Part shown: positions 9,605 to 18,908 of the stretch, in pieces | How positions within the stretch are numbered: position 1 is the stretch's first letter | Layout: the number at the start of each line of letters is the position of its first letter | Assembly: GCA_000092065.1 (NCBI GenBank) | Contig: CP000584.1 | Length of the DNA stretch: 64,000 nt | From: Ostreococcus lucimarinus | Taxonomy: Eukaryota | Direction: 5' to 3' (one strand) | Made by a program: the position numbers and the translations under genes | Notes under the pieces: model-generated | What the model saw: the letters and a program-made list of their open reading frames with translations, nothing else | Told to the model about the DNA's origin: nothing | The model's database searches: none

Positions 9605-10696
9605 CTAACTAGCGCGCGACTCGCCGCCCTGCGCGTAGGCGCGGTCGTGCGGACAACTCGGGATGGGCAGGGGCAGGAAAGGGAACGGCGCAACCGAGGT
9701 TTCACTCAGCGCCGGTCCCAAGGCGCGCGATCTGAACTGCTTCAATCTCTCTCGTTCGGGCGACCAATCGTACGCCGCCGCGAACGGCACGCAGTGCCAC
9801 GGGAAATTGGCGCTGGCTTGCCTCAAAGACTCGTACGCGTCCACGGTGTGATCGCGAGGCACTCGGTGCAAACACGCTAGAGCTTGAAACGCGGGCAAGT
9901 ACAGCAGAGAGCCGAAGAACATGCGCCGAGCGGCTGGAAACGACGGCGCCGCGTAAAACGCCGCCGCCGCGGCGACGAGCGGCGCGCCGAGCGCGAGCGT
10001 CTCGTACGCGAACGGCGACGTCGTCACCCCCATCGCGCACGCTAACACGCCGAGTGGGAGCAGTGCCAACGAGTTTCTCACCGCCACGCCCGCGACGCGA
10101 CGTCCCGTTTTGTCAAACATTGGATGCGACAACATGCGATACCCCCCGTTGACGTAGTCGTCCTTCCCCATGTACGCCAACGCCATAAAATGCGGCATCT
10201 GCCACAAATACAGCGCCGACGCCAACACGAACGCCCCTGGATCCAACGTCCCGAGCTCGTTCGCGGCCGCCCAACCCATGAGCGGGGGAATCGCCCCCAC
10301 GACCGCCCCCACCCACGTGTTCAGAAAGTGCACCCGCTTGAGCGCCGTGTACGCCCCCGCGTACAGCGCGATGTTCCCCGCCCCCAGCGCCGTCGTCGTC
10401 TCGTTCGTCGCGATCGCTAAAACACCCACCCCACTCACCGCGCACGCGCCCGCGAACGCCATCGCGACCCCGGCGCCGCACCTTCCGCTCGGCAACGGCC
10501 GACCCGCCGTGCGTCGCATCGTCCCGTCCGGCGCCCGCTCCACCACCTGATTCAGCGCGTTCGCGCTCGCGCTGCACAGCATCGTCCCCGCGCACGTCGC
10601 CGCTAATTTTCCCGCGTCCATGCTCGTCGGCGAGCCGAGCACGAACCCCGCCGCCGCCGTGCTCACGACGAACGCGCTCAGGCGAAACTTGCTCAA
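9605..10696 (-). CDS. COX10: Protoheme IX farnesyltransferase (heme O synthase, COX10), 5' end unresolved
   Basis: KFRLSAFVV…, NIALYAGAYT and the diagnostic WQMPHFMALA motif. The track start at 10696 is a TTG and the frame stays open upstream with no ATG, so the N-terminus (mitochondrial presequence) is not defined. Confidence 0.8.
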   Translation of the reverse strand: MSKFRLSAFVVSTAAAGFVLGSPTSMDAGKLAATCAGTMLCSASANALNQVVERAPDGTMRRTAGRPLPSGRCGAGVAMAFAGACAVSGVGVLAIATNETTTALGAGNIALYAGAYTALKRVHFLNTWVGAVVGAIPPLMGWAAANELGTLDPGAFVLASALYLWQMPHFMALAYMGKDDYVNGGYRMLSHPMFDKTGRRVAGVAVRNSLALLPLGVLACAMGVTTSPFAYETLALGAPLVAAAAAFYAAPSFPAARRMFFGSLLYLPAFQALACLHRVPRDHTVDAYESLRQASANFPWHCVPFAAAYDWSPERERLKQFRSRALGPALSETSVAPFPFLPLPIPSCPHDRAYAQGGESRAS

Positions 10697-10774
10697 ATCG
10701 CGCGCCGTCTCCAGCAGCGCGCGCGCCGTGCGCGGCGTCGTCCACGTCGGCGCGAGCGTCGACGCGCGCGTCGA

Positions 10775-10809
<35 letters not shown>

Positions 10810-10884
10810 CGCTCGACGCGAACGCGCGCGGCGCGTCGAGCGCGCGCCGCGCCGAGCGCGAGCGCGCGCGCGCGCGCGGCGCGC

Positions 10885-12438
10885 ATGACGACGCGACGAC
10901 GAGTGCGACACTCGGCGACGCGCGCGCGACTCGACATGGCGCTCGCGGCGCGCGCGACGACGACGCGCGGCGACGCGGGACGCGCGGTGACGCGACGACG
11001 ACGCGCGTCCATCGCGCGCGCGCGCGAGACGACGCGCGCGAGCGACGCGCGCGACGGCGGCGCGACGGCGGGGACGATGCCGACGGGGACGAAGGTGGCG
11101 CTCGACGACGCGCGCGCGGCGTGCGTCGCGCTCGCGCTCGAGGAGGCGGACGCGGTCGGGAAGATCACGCTCACGGGACCGGGGCGAGGGACGGCGGCGG
11201 AGGCGCATCGAAGGGTGGAGTTTCGATGGGTGACGATTCGGGGGCGGACGGCGCTGCAGCGGACGCGGTACGACGAACGACAGGCGTTCACGAGTAATCA
11301 CGCGATCGAGGGCGAAGGAGGGCTCGTTTCGAAGAGCGCGAGCGGGGATGAGGACGCGATCGGGGCGAGGGAGGCGCTGGAGGAGGCGCTGAGGGCGGGA
11401 TATAAACATTGGCGCGTCGAACACGCGCGCGGCGGTTACAACGTGACGGCGAACGCGAAGAAGGCTCGGGCGACGATTTCTAGGGACAACGCGAGTAAGG
11501 GGACGCTGATAGACGGTAGTGCGAGAACGCAGACGATCGTCGTCGGCCCACAAGGGCACGACCGCGAGAAGTCGAGGTTACTGACGGGGGAGGACCCGTT
11601 TTTGCGATACGTCGGCGTCGTCGCCAAGGATGGAACCATCAAGGCGAGCAAGCGGGACAAGTACAAGCAAGTGGAGGAGTTTCTGAAGATTTTGAACGTT
11701 GCTTACGACACCGCGACGTCGGCGGGACACATGAAGGGCGGCGATGAGACTCGCCCGCTTCGTGTGTGCGATTTAGGATGCGGGAACGCGTATCTCACGT
11801 TTGGGGCGTACTCGCTCTTGAGCTCGAAGAGACGCGTGCCTACAAACGTAGTGGGCGTCGACGTGAAGCGCCAAGCGCGCGAACATAACTCGCGGGTGGC
11901 CAAAGAGCTAGGTTGGGATGCGTCGATGAGATTCATTGAAGGCACGATCGCCGACGCCGACGTGACTTTCGTAGACGGTTCAGAGGAGGACGCGTTCACC
12001 GACGTAGTGCTCGCTTTGCACGCGTGCGACACGGCGACGGATGAGTCCATCGTTCGAACGGTGCGTTGGTGCGCTCCACTGGCGCTCATCGCGCCGTGCT
12101 GTCATCACGATCTCCAAGTGCGTTTGAAAAGCGCACCTCATGTTGCTTTCCCGCCGATGGCGAGGCACGGCATCCTCAGCGAACGTCTCGGTGACGTTCT
12201 CACGGACGCATTCAGAGCTCACATTTTGCGACTGCTGGGATATCGCGTCGACGTCATGGAATTCGTAGGAGGGGAGCACACGCCTCGAAATACTCTCATT
12301 CGAGCGATCCGCACGAACGCGTCGGCGTCGAAGGCGGCGTGGGAAGAGTATGATCACATGTGTTCAACGTGGGGCGTCACGCCTTTTCTCGCGGACGCCC
12401 TCGCCGAGGAGTTGGCGGTGGCGCGTCGCGCGATCTGA
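10885..12438 (+). CDS. SAM-dependent methyltransferase (Methyltransf_32-like; LGCGNAYLTF…ALHACDTATD)
   Basis: Class-I methyltransferase motif I and the ALHAC(G/D)xATD signature. First ATG at 10885 (alternative 10936). Confidence 0.6.
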   Translation: MTTRRRVRHSATRARLDMALAARATTTRGDAGRAVTRRRRASIARARETTRASDARDGGATAGTMPTGTKVALDDARAACVALALEEADAVGKITLTGPGRGTAAEAHRRVEFRWVTIRGRTALQRTRYDERQAFTSNHAIEGEGGLVSKSASGDEDAIGAREALEEALRAGYKHWRVEHARGGYNVTANAKKARATISRDNASKGTLIDGSARTQTIVVGPQGHDREKSRLLTGEDPFLRYVGVVAKDGTIKASKRDKYKQVEEFLKILNVAYDTATSAGHMKGGDETRPLRVCDLGCGNAYLTFGAYSLLSSKRRVPTNVVGVDVKRQAREHNSRVAKELGWDASMRFIEGTIADADVTFVDGSEEDAFTDVVLALHACDTATDESIVRTVRWCAPLALIAPCCHHDLQVRLKSAPHVAFPPMARHGILSERLGDVLTDAFRAHILRLLGYRVDVMEFVGGEHTPRNTLIRAIRTNASASKAAWEEYDHMCSTWGVTPFLADALAEELAVARRAI

Positions 12439-12479
12439 GTGTAAATCTTGTTGTAAATTTACCTTCGCTAGATTAGTAC

Positions 12480-14138
12480 CTACACCCGCTCGCCGAGAAC
12501 CGTGCCGGATACGGTCCTCCGAAATCTTCGTTGATCGCCCGTGATCGACGCTTGCCCGAACGCGCGAGGCGTCGTCTCGCCATCCATGTTCCAAGAACGC
12601 GGCGAGATGTGATCTGTGTCCGACTCGTTCGCGCCTCTAAACGCACCTAATCCCTGCTCGAAGGTAGCCTTGGACTTGGCGATGTCTTGGATGCTCTGCA
12701 TCAAGTTCGCACCGAATTGCATGTTGTCCTTACCGCGTTCGCGCTTGTTGAAGCTCACAATGAACCATATGAAAATCACGCTGATGACGACGTTGATGAC
12801 GACAACGAAACCTAGACCGGCGACGGTGCCGAAGTGACCGATGACGTACACGCACAACGCGGCATCTCCGCCCAGGAGCGCAATTGTAAGAAGCAGACGG
12901 ACGGTGTTGAAGAGGAAAATACGTATGACGAGTTCCTTTACGAAGTCGACTATGCCGCTCCAGTTTGATTCCTGTACCGCCTGTCCCATCTCCGCATCAT
13001 CCGTCTCGTGTCTCGCCGCCTCGACCTCGGATACAATTTTTGCGTGTTCCCATTCCTCGTCCGTCATTCCGGGCTCGCGCTTTAGCTCGTGAGTGTCCGT
13101 AGCCCCTAGAGGGCCGACTCCGAGCACGTGCGCGATGCCTTCGGGAATCATGCTCGCCCAGTTTGACGACCCTGACGCTCGATGTAATCCGCCCGACGTT
13201 TTGACGTCGTGCTCGCCACTATGACTGCGCGAATGATCAGGTGCATGACGCGTCGATTGTTGCGGACTCGCCACGGTTTCTAAAACTTTCGACAAAATTG
13301 CGGCGGACGCCGGCGAGCCGCCGCTGCCGCGAGAGTCTCGCTGACCCCCGCTGCTGGCGCCCGTCAAGTACTCCAAACCAGCCTGAACGATCGGTGCGTC
13401 TAAAAAGCCATGTGCCGAACCTTGCGACAATCGTCGCTCGCTCGCCGATCCCAAGCTCCGTCGACGTTGCGTCTCGCCCCCGCTCGCCCGCCTTCGTCTG
13501 TCCAAATCCGGGCTCTCCAGGCTCGCCCGCGTCATCTTATCGAACATCTTCCGCATCAGCGTCTTGAATTCTTCCAGCGTAAACATTCCGAGATCATCAT
13601 CCGCGTTCGACGCGTCGACCGCGTCTTTGACGCACCGCGTCCACATGTTTGAAGCCCAACCTAAATCCACGCGGTCGCCGCGTTCCTCGAGCAACGCGCC
13701 GACGACGCTCACGCAATCACCCGCGAATTCCATCGCTTGCTCCGACGTGATCCCTCGCACCCCTCGCGCGTCCATCGCTCGAAACACGAGCTCGACCTTC
13801 GTCTCGAAACTCCCCTTACACAGCACTCCCAACAAAATCAACAATCGCGTCGTCTTCGCCGCGCGTCCCTGGTCGTCGCTCCCCTCGTCGTCCACCATCA
13901 CCGACTCCAGCGCCGTCTCCCGCACGCACTCGCTCATCACCAATCCAAACCGTCCCAGCGCGTCTCCGAACGCGCCCACCGGCGTCGTCGCCGCCATTCT
14001 CGCGTCGCGCGCGCGTCCCGCGAAGCCTTGAATTTCCTCCACGAGCTCCTCGATCGGCGTTTTCGCCCACGCCGACGCCGCGTGGATCTCGCCGAGCGCG
14101 CCCAGGACGAGCAGGTGGTCCATCGCGTTCGCCGACAT
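12480..14138 (-). CDS. EF-hand pair protein with two C-terminal TM helices (function unknown)
   Basis: EF-hand-like segments (ETKVELVFRAMDARGVRGITSEQAMEFAGD; FTLEEFKTLMRKMFDKM) and hydrophobic helices near the C-terminus. First real ATG is the reverse complement of 14136-14138; the track start is a GTG. Confidence 0.55.
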   Translation of the reverse strand: MSANAMDHLLVLGALGEIHAASAWAKTPIEELVEEIQGFAGRARDARMAATTPVGAFGDALGRFGLVMSECVRETALESVMVDDEGSDDQGRAAKTTRLLILLGVLCKGSFETKVELVFRAMDARGVRGITSEQAMEFAGDCVSVVGALLEERGDRVDLGWASNMWTRCVKDAVDASNADDDLGMFTLEEFKTLMRKMFDKMTRASLESPDLDRRRRASGGETQRRRSLGSASERRLSQGSAHGFLDAPIVQAGLEYLTGASSGGQRDSRGSGGSPASAAILSKVLETVASPQQSTRHAPDHSRSHSGEHDVKTSGGLHRASGSSNWASMIPEGIAHVLGVGPLGATDTHELKREPGMTDEEWEHAKIVSEVEAARHETDDAEMGQAVQESNWSGIVDFVKELVIRIFLFNTVRLLLTIALLGGDAALCVYVIGHFGTVAGLGFVVVINVVISVIFIWFIVSFNKRERGKDNMQFGANLMQSIQDIAKSKATFEQGLGAFRGANESDTDHISPRSWNMDGETTPRAFGQASITGDQRRFRRTVSGTVLGERV

Positions 14139-14330
14139 CGCCCTCGCGTCGCCTCGCGCGCGCGACTGCCGCGTCGACGCGTCGCTCGCGACGATGTCGA
14201 GGCGTCGGCGGCGGTCGGTAACATCAATCACACACGGACCAACACGCGGCGTTTCAAATTTTCAAACCGCCGCGCCCGCGACGGCGCGCGGCGCGGCACG
14301 GCGCGACGCGGCGCGGCGACGGCGACGGCG

Positions 14331-15395
14331 ATGTCGAGCAAAAATAAACCGTGCTACAAGTGCGGACAGGGCGGACACTGGGCGAAGGACTGCACGGTGC
14401 CGCGCGAGCGATGGATTTCAAAAGAGGCGAGCGACGCGCTGAAAACGCGCGAGGACGGCGCGACGACGACGACGACGGACGACGTCGAGGGCGGCGCGCG
14501 CGGCGAGGGCTCGGGCGATGATCGCGGCGCGCGCGCGGAGAAGCGGAAGTCGAGCGCCGGGACGACGCGGCGACCGAAGTTTAGCGTGCACGATCACTTG
14601 CTCGGGCCGAACGGGCTCGGGGCGATGTACAGAGAGTTCCCGGAGAAGTTTGCCGCGCGGTCGAAGGGCGAGGGACACGAGGAACACGATATGAATTTGT
14701 TGGCGACGATGTACAAGGAGTGGGCGGTGAAGATGTACCCGTACGCGCCGGCGGAGGAGACGCTGGCGAGGGTGGACAAGTTGCAAAGCGACAAGAGCGT
14801 GAAGATGGCGGTGCGGGAGTTTAACGAATTAGATTTCGGCGGCGGTGTCGGCGAGGCCGTGGATGCGATGGAGCGCGGGGAAAACGCGGGTGAAGGCGGC
14901 GAAGACATCGATTTCCCGGACGACGACGACGACGAGGCGCCGGCGACGGCGACGGTCGCCGACGACGTCGATTTCCCAGACGACGACGTCGATTTCCCGG
15001 ACGACGATGGATTTGAGGAGCAAGATTACGTGTTTGACGACGATGAAGACGAGGACGCCGCGCGCGCGATGCAGGAGGCGGAGGCGAGCGGCGACGACGA
15101 TGATGATGAAGAAGAAGACGAAGCCGTGCAAGGTAAGCGCGGCAAAAAGATCAAGGGCGCGACGGATTCGACGAAGAATGCGTTCGAAAAGCTGGCGAAG
15201 AAATTAGGAAAAGACGTTCCGGTCGCGAACGGCGAAGAGCTGAACCCGAACTCGATGCTCTCGCCTCAACGGAAAATATTGCGCGTACGACCGAAGATTT
15301 TGGACGCATCGAGCGACGAAGAAAACGAACCGCCGAGTGAGCCCGCGCGACGACGACGCGCCGTGCACGGTATGGACGATGATGAGGATGAGTAA
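14331..15395 (+). CDS. TIPIN: TIPIN/Csm3/Swi3-like replication fork protection protein with an N-terminal CCHC zinc knuckle
   Basis: CYKCGQGGHWAKDC knuckle. Swi3-domain signature KGEGHEEHDMNLLATMYKEWAVKMYPYAPAEETLARVDKLQSDKSVK. Acidic DFPDDD repeats. ATG at 14331. Confidence 0.55.
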   Translation: MSSKNKPCYKCGQGGHWAKDCTVPRERWISKEASDALKTREDGATTTTTDDVEGGARGEGSGDDRGARAEKRKSSAGTTRRPKFSVHDHLLGPNGLGAMYREFPEKFAARSKGEGHEEHDMNLLATMYKEWAVKMYPYAPAEETLARVDKLQSDKSVKMAVREFNELDFGGGVGEAVDAMERGENAGEGGEDIDFPDDDDDEAPATATVADDVDFPDDDVDFPDDDGFEEQDYVFDDDEDEDAARAMQEAEASGDDDDDEEEDEAVQGKRGKKIKGATDSTKNAFEKLAKKLGKDVPVANGEELNPNSMLSPQRKILRVRPKILDASSDEENEPPSEPARRRRAVHGMDDDEDE

Positions 15396-15439
15396 TTGTA
15401 AAAGCGCGCTTCTTTCAATATTTCAACTTACATACGCGA

Positions 15440-16723
15440 CTACGCCTTGGTCTTCTCGCGAACCGACGACGAGGACAGCACTCGCACCTCGTCGCCGTCA
15501 ATTTCGAGAACCTGCGGTTCGGCACCCAGAACGCCGAAAGACATCCCGACATCGATTCTCCAGATTTGACCGTTGCACTCGCAGTTTGCGCCGCCGAGCT
15601 GCGGCGTGTGTCCGACGACGAGTCGCGAGACGCCGTCAATCATGCCCAAAGTCTTCCCCAGCAGTTCGCACGAGGTCGAACGATCTTCGTCCGTGGCAAA
15701 CTTTTCAGTGCCGTACGCGCGATGCCAGACGATTGAATCTCGCACGCCACCGATCGCCATGCCGAGCGCCTGGCGCGTCTCGTCGTCCTTGATCTCTTTC
15801 CCGCGCATCCAATCCGTCACCGCTCGGTTGAGCTTATCGAGGCCGAATTCGACGTGCCTAGGGACTAAGCCACCGTGCGCGAACACGGTATCGTTCACGA
15901 TCAACACCGTGTGATGCATAGAGAGCTGCTGGGCTAAAGGTCCGCCCGGGGAGAACAACCCGATGCGCGCCTTGCTTTGCCTCGCCCACGCGTCCTCCTC
16001 GTCCACGCCGAACGCGTCTCGGAACTTATCCCCGAACAACTTCACTAAATGCTCGCTGAATCGCGTCGATTCCCCGAACGCACCGCGCGACACGTATCTA
16101 AAGTCTCCCGAAACGTTCAAAACCTCGTGATTGCCGTTCATCACGTACACGCGTCCGCCTTGCTTCTGCGCCTCCTTATCCAACTTTTGAAGCAAGATCA
16201 AAATCCCTATCTCGTCGTCCCCGCGGTCGAGAATGTCCCCGAGCTGCACCAACGTCGTGTCGCCGCCCACCCATCGCGGGTTCCCCGCGTCGTCTTCGTC
16301 GTCCAGGACCCCCGCCATTCGCAGCGCTCGTCTCGCCTGTCCGATGTCCCCGTGCAGGTCCCCTATCGCCACCACGCGTCCCGGCGCCGTCACTCGCAGC
16401 TGCGGGTACGTCTCCTCGCCCTTCGCCTTCGCCCGCGTCGCGCATTCGCGCGTCGCGCCCCGCGTCGCGCGTCCCGGGACCGCCGTCGCTCGCGTCCCTC
16501 GCGCCCCCTCGCTCGTCCCTCGCGCTCCATCCCCTCGCGTTCGCGTCGCGCGCGCCATCGTCGTCGCCGCGCGCGCGTCCAGCGGTCCGCGCGTCATCGC
16601 CCGCGCCGCGCTCGCGCCTCGCGGCGCCGTCGCCGGTCGCGCCCGCGCGTCGCGCGCGTGTCTCGCGCCGCCGACCCGCGCGTGGCGCGCGACCGCGCGA
16701 CCGAGGCTCGACGCGGCGCGCAT
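15440..16723 (-). CDS. SLP: Shewanella-like PPP-family Ser/Thr phosphatase (calcineurin-like metallophosphoesterase), probably plastid-targeted
   Basis: GDLHGD…GDILDRG…GNHE…VAHGG metallophosphatase motifs. First ATG at 16723; alternatives at 16597 and 16558 would shorten the transit peptide. Confidence 0.7.
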   Translation of the reverse strand: MRAASSLGRAVARHARVGGARHARDARARPATAPRGASAARAMTRGPLDARAATTMARATRTRGDGARGTSEGARGTRATAVPGRATRGATRECATRAKAKGEETYPQLRVTAPGRVVAIGDLHGDIGQARRALRMAGVLDDEDDAGNPRWVGGDTTLVQLGDILDRGDDEIGILILLQKLDKEAQKQGGRVYVMNGNHEVLNVSGDFRYVSRGAFGESTRFSEHLVKLFGDKFRDAFGVDEEDAWARQSKARIGLFSPGGPLAQQLSMHHTVLIVNDTVFAHGGLVPRHVEFGLDKLNRAVTDWMRGKEIKDDETRQALGMAIGGVRDSIVWHRAYGTEKFATDEDRSTSCELLGKTLGMIDGVSRLVVGHTPQLGGANCECNGQIWRIDVGMSFGVLGAEPQVLEIDGDEVRVLSSSSVREKTKA

Positions 16724-16937
16724 CGCGCGCGATGACGCGACGTCGAGCGCGATGTCGTGCGCGACGCTCGTCGCTCGCGTCGGAGGGCGTCGGTCGACGC
16801 GCGCGCCGGTGTGCGGCGCGGCGACGCGCGAGGGCGAACGCGCGGCGTGACGTCGATGCAAATAAATGTGGGGTTTGGATGGGAAAGTCGCAAGGCGAGC
16901 CGCGAGGCGCGTCTCGAGGGCGCGAAGAGACGGAAAA

Positions 16938-17744
16938 TCAGCGCGCGGCGACCTCGAGGAAACCGTCGAGCGCGCGAAAGATGACGTCGGTGGCGACGAT
17001 GAGCTCGCGGCGACACGCCTCGCTGGCGCGCAACTCGGAGTCGGGATCGCAGAGCTCGGCGACGAGCGTCTCGTCGGCTTCTAGAAATTCGAGGGCGTAT
17101 GATTTCCCCGAACGCGAGTCGCGCTCGAGCTTGACGCGATATTCGCGCAGGGCGATGATGTAATCGCGCTGTTTTAACCCCTCGATCGCGAACGCGCGCT
17201 CGAGGATGTCTCGAATGCGCGCTCGCGCCTCGGCTTCGTCGACGTCGCCCGCCGCGCACCGTCGCCCGGCGTCCAGCGTCTCGTCCAGGACTCTCGTCTC
17301 CAGCGGCATCGCGCGCATTTTATACTGCGTCGTGAATATTTTTGCCAACTCCAGCAGCGTCGTCAGCTCGTCCTCGGGCGCGCGTCTCGCGTACGCCGCG
17401 TACACGGCGTCGAAGGCGTCCTCGCAGAAAGCCGCCGTCAACCGCTCGCTCGCGCAGAACGCGTCCACGAACGTCGCCGCGTCGCGCTCGCTCAGCGTGA
17501 ACGCGTGATTCACGAGCGCGATGAACGACGCGTCGATCGGCAGCGCGTCGAGCGTCGCGCCGCGACGGGCGTCGTCGTGGTCGTCCCCGGAGGCGGCGCG
17601 CAGCGGCGGCGACGACGTCCGAAAGCGACGCCGCGCGCGCGTTTCGCGCGACGCCGGCGCGACGCGCGCGCGCGACGGCGCGCGACGCGACGACGTCGAC
17701 GGCTCGCCCGCGGCGCGCGCGCTCGAGCGCGCGAGCGACGACAT
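16938..17744 (-). CDS. Hypothetical all-alpha protein with an Arg-rich presequence (possibly mitochondrial); function unknown
   Basis: Non-repetitive ORF (…YIIALREYRVKLERDSRSGKSYALEFLEADETL…). ATG is the reverse complement of 17742-17744, divergent from the next gene. Confidence 0.45.
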   Translation of the reverse strand: MSSLARSSARAAGEPSTSSRRAPSRARVAPASRETRARRRFRTSSPPLRAASGDDHDDARRGATLDALPIDASFIALVNHAFTLSERDAATFVDAFCASERLTAAFCEDAFDAVYAAYARRAPEDELTTLLELAKIFTTQYKMRAMPLETRVLDETLDAGRRCAAGDVDEAEARARIRDILERAFAIEGLKQRDYIIALREYRVKLERDSRSGKSYALEFLEADETLVAELCDPDSELRASEACRRELIVATDVIFRALDGFLEVAAR

Positions 17745-17810
17745 CGCGCGCGACGCGGCGGGCAGTGGCGACCGCGACGCCACATCGAGGCGGTGCGCCG
17801 CGCGCGCGCG

Positions 17811-18836
17811 ATGCGACGCGCGATGCGACTCGCGCTGGCGTGGTGCGCGATGACGCTCGGCGCGTCGGCGCTCGCGCGCGGCGCCAGGATCGGGCCCGAA
17901 CGCGCGGCGCGCGGCGGCGATCGCGGAGAAGAAGGCGGAGGCGAACGCCCATCGACGCGCGTCGACGGCGCGGACGCGCGCGCGCCGCGCGATCGCGCGA
18001 TCGAGTTCGATCGCATCGAACGCGTGTCTTGGCGCCCGCACGCGGAGGTGTATCGAGGATTCTTGACGCGCGAGGAATGCGACCACTTGAAGGCGCTCGC
18101 GACGCCGAGCCTCGGTCGCTCGACCGTGGTGGACGCGAGCAACGGCGGGAGCGTGCCGAGCGATATACGCACGTCGAGCGGGATGTTCCTGCTCAGGGGG
18201 GAAGACGACGTCGTCGCGTCGATCGAGAGGCGCATCGCGTCGTGGACGCACGTGCCGGAGTCGCACGGGGAAGGTTTCCAGGTGCTGCGGTACGAATTCG
18301 GTCAAGAGTATCGGCCGCACTTTGATTATTTTCAAGACGAATTCAATCAGAAGCGCGAAAAGGGCGGGCAGCGCGTGGCGACGGTGCTGATGTATCTCAC
18401 CGACGTCGAAGAGGGGGGAGAGACGATATTTCCGGACGCCGAGGCGGGCGCGAACCCGGGCGGCGGCGACGACGCGTCTTCGTGCGCGGCGGGGAAGTTG
18501 GCGGTGAAACCGCGCAAAGGTGACGCGTTATTCTTCAGAAGTCTGCATCACAACGGGACGTCGGATGCCATGAGCTCACACGCGGGGTGTCCGGTGGTAA
18601 AGGGGGTCAAGTTTAGCGCCACGAAATGGATGCACGTCGCTCCGATTGAAGACTCGGCGACCGCCTCGGTGCGATTTGAGCCCGGCGTTTGTAAAGACGT
18701 CAACGCGGCGTGCGAGGGCTGGGCGTCGTCGGGTGAGTGCACGAAAAATCCATCGTTCATGGTTGGGCGAGGTCGTGCGAACGGCAACTGCATGCGCTCG
18801 TGCGGCGCCTGCCCGCCCGGCACTCGCGACGAGTAG
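17811..18836 (+). CDS. P4H: Prolyl 4-hydroxylase alpha-like 2OG-Fe(II) oxygenase with a signal peptide and a C-terminal ShK toxin-like domain
   Basis: RPHFDYF, VATVLMYLTDVEEGGETIFP and H…KW catalytic motifs. 6-Cys ShKT module CKDVNAACEGWASSGECTKNPSFMVGRGRANGNCMRSCGAC. Confidence 0.8.
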   Translation: MRRAMRLALAWCAMTLGASALARGARIGPERAARGGDRGEEGGGERPSTRVDGADARAPRDRAIEFDRIERVSWRPHAEVYRGFLTREECDHLKALATPSLGRSTVVDASNGGSVPSDIRTSSGMFLLRGEDDVVASIERRIASWTHVPESHGEGFQVLRYEFGQEYRPHFDYFQDEFNQKREKGGQRVATVLMYLTDVEEGGETIFPDAEAGANPGGGDDASSCAAGKLAVKPRKGDALFFRSLHHNGTSDAMSSHAGCPVVKGVKFSATKWMHVAPIEDSATASVRFEPGVCKDVNAACEGWASSGECTKNPSFMVGRGRANGNCMRSCGACPPGTRDE

Positions 18837-18908
18837 AATAGAAGACGCGTAGTCGATTGATTCGCTAGCACTAGATTCGCGTGTGATTAAAACGCATCGT
18901 AGGAAATA

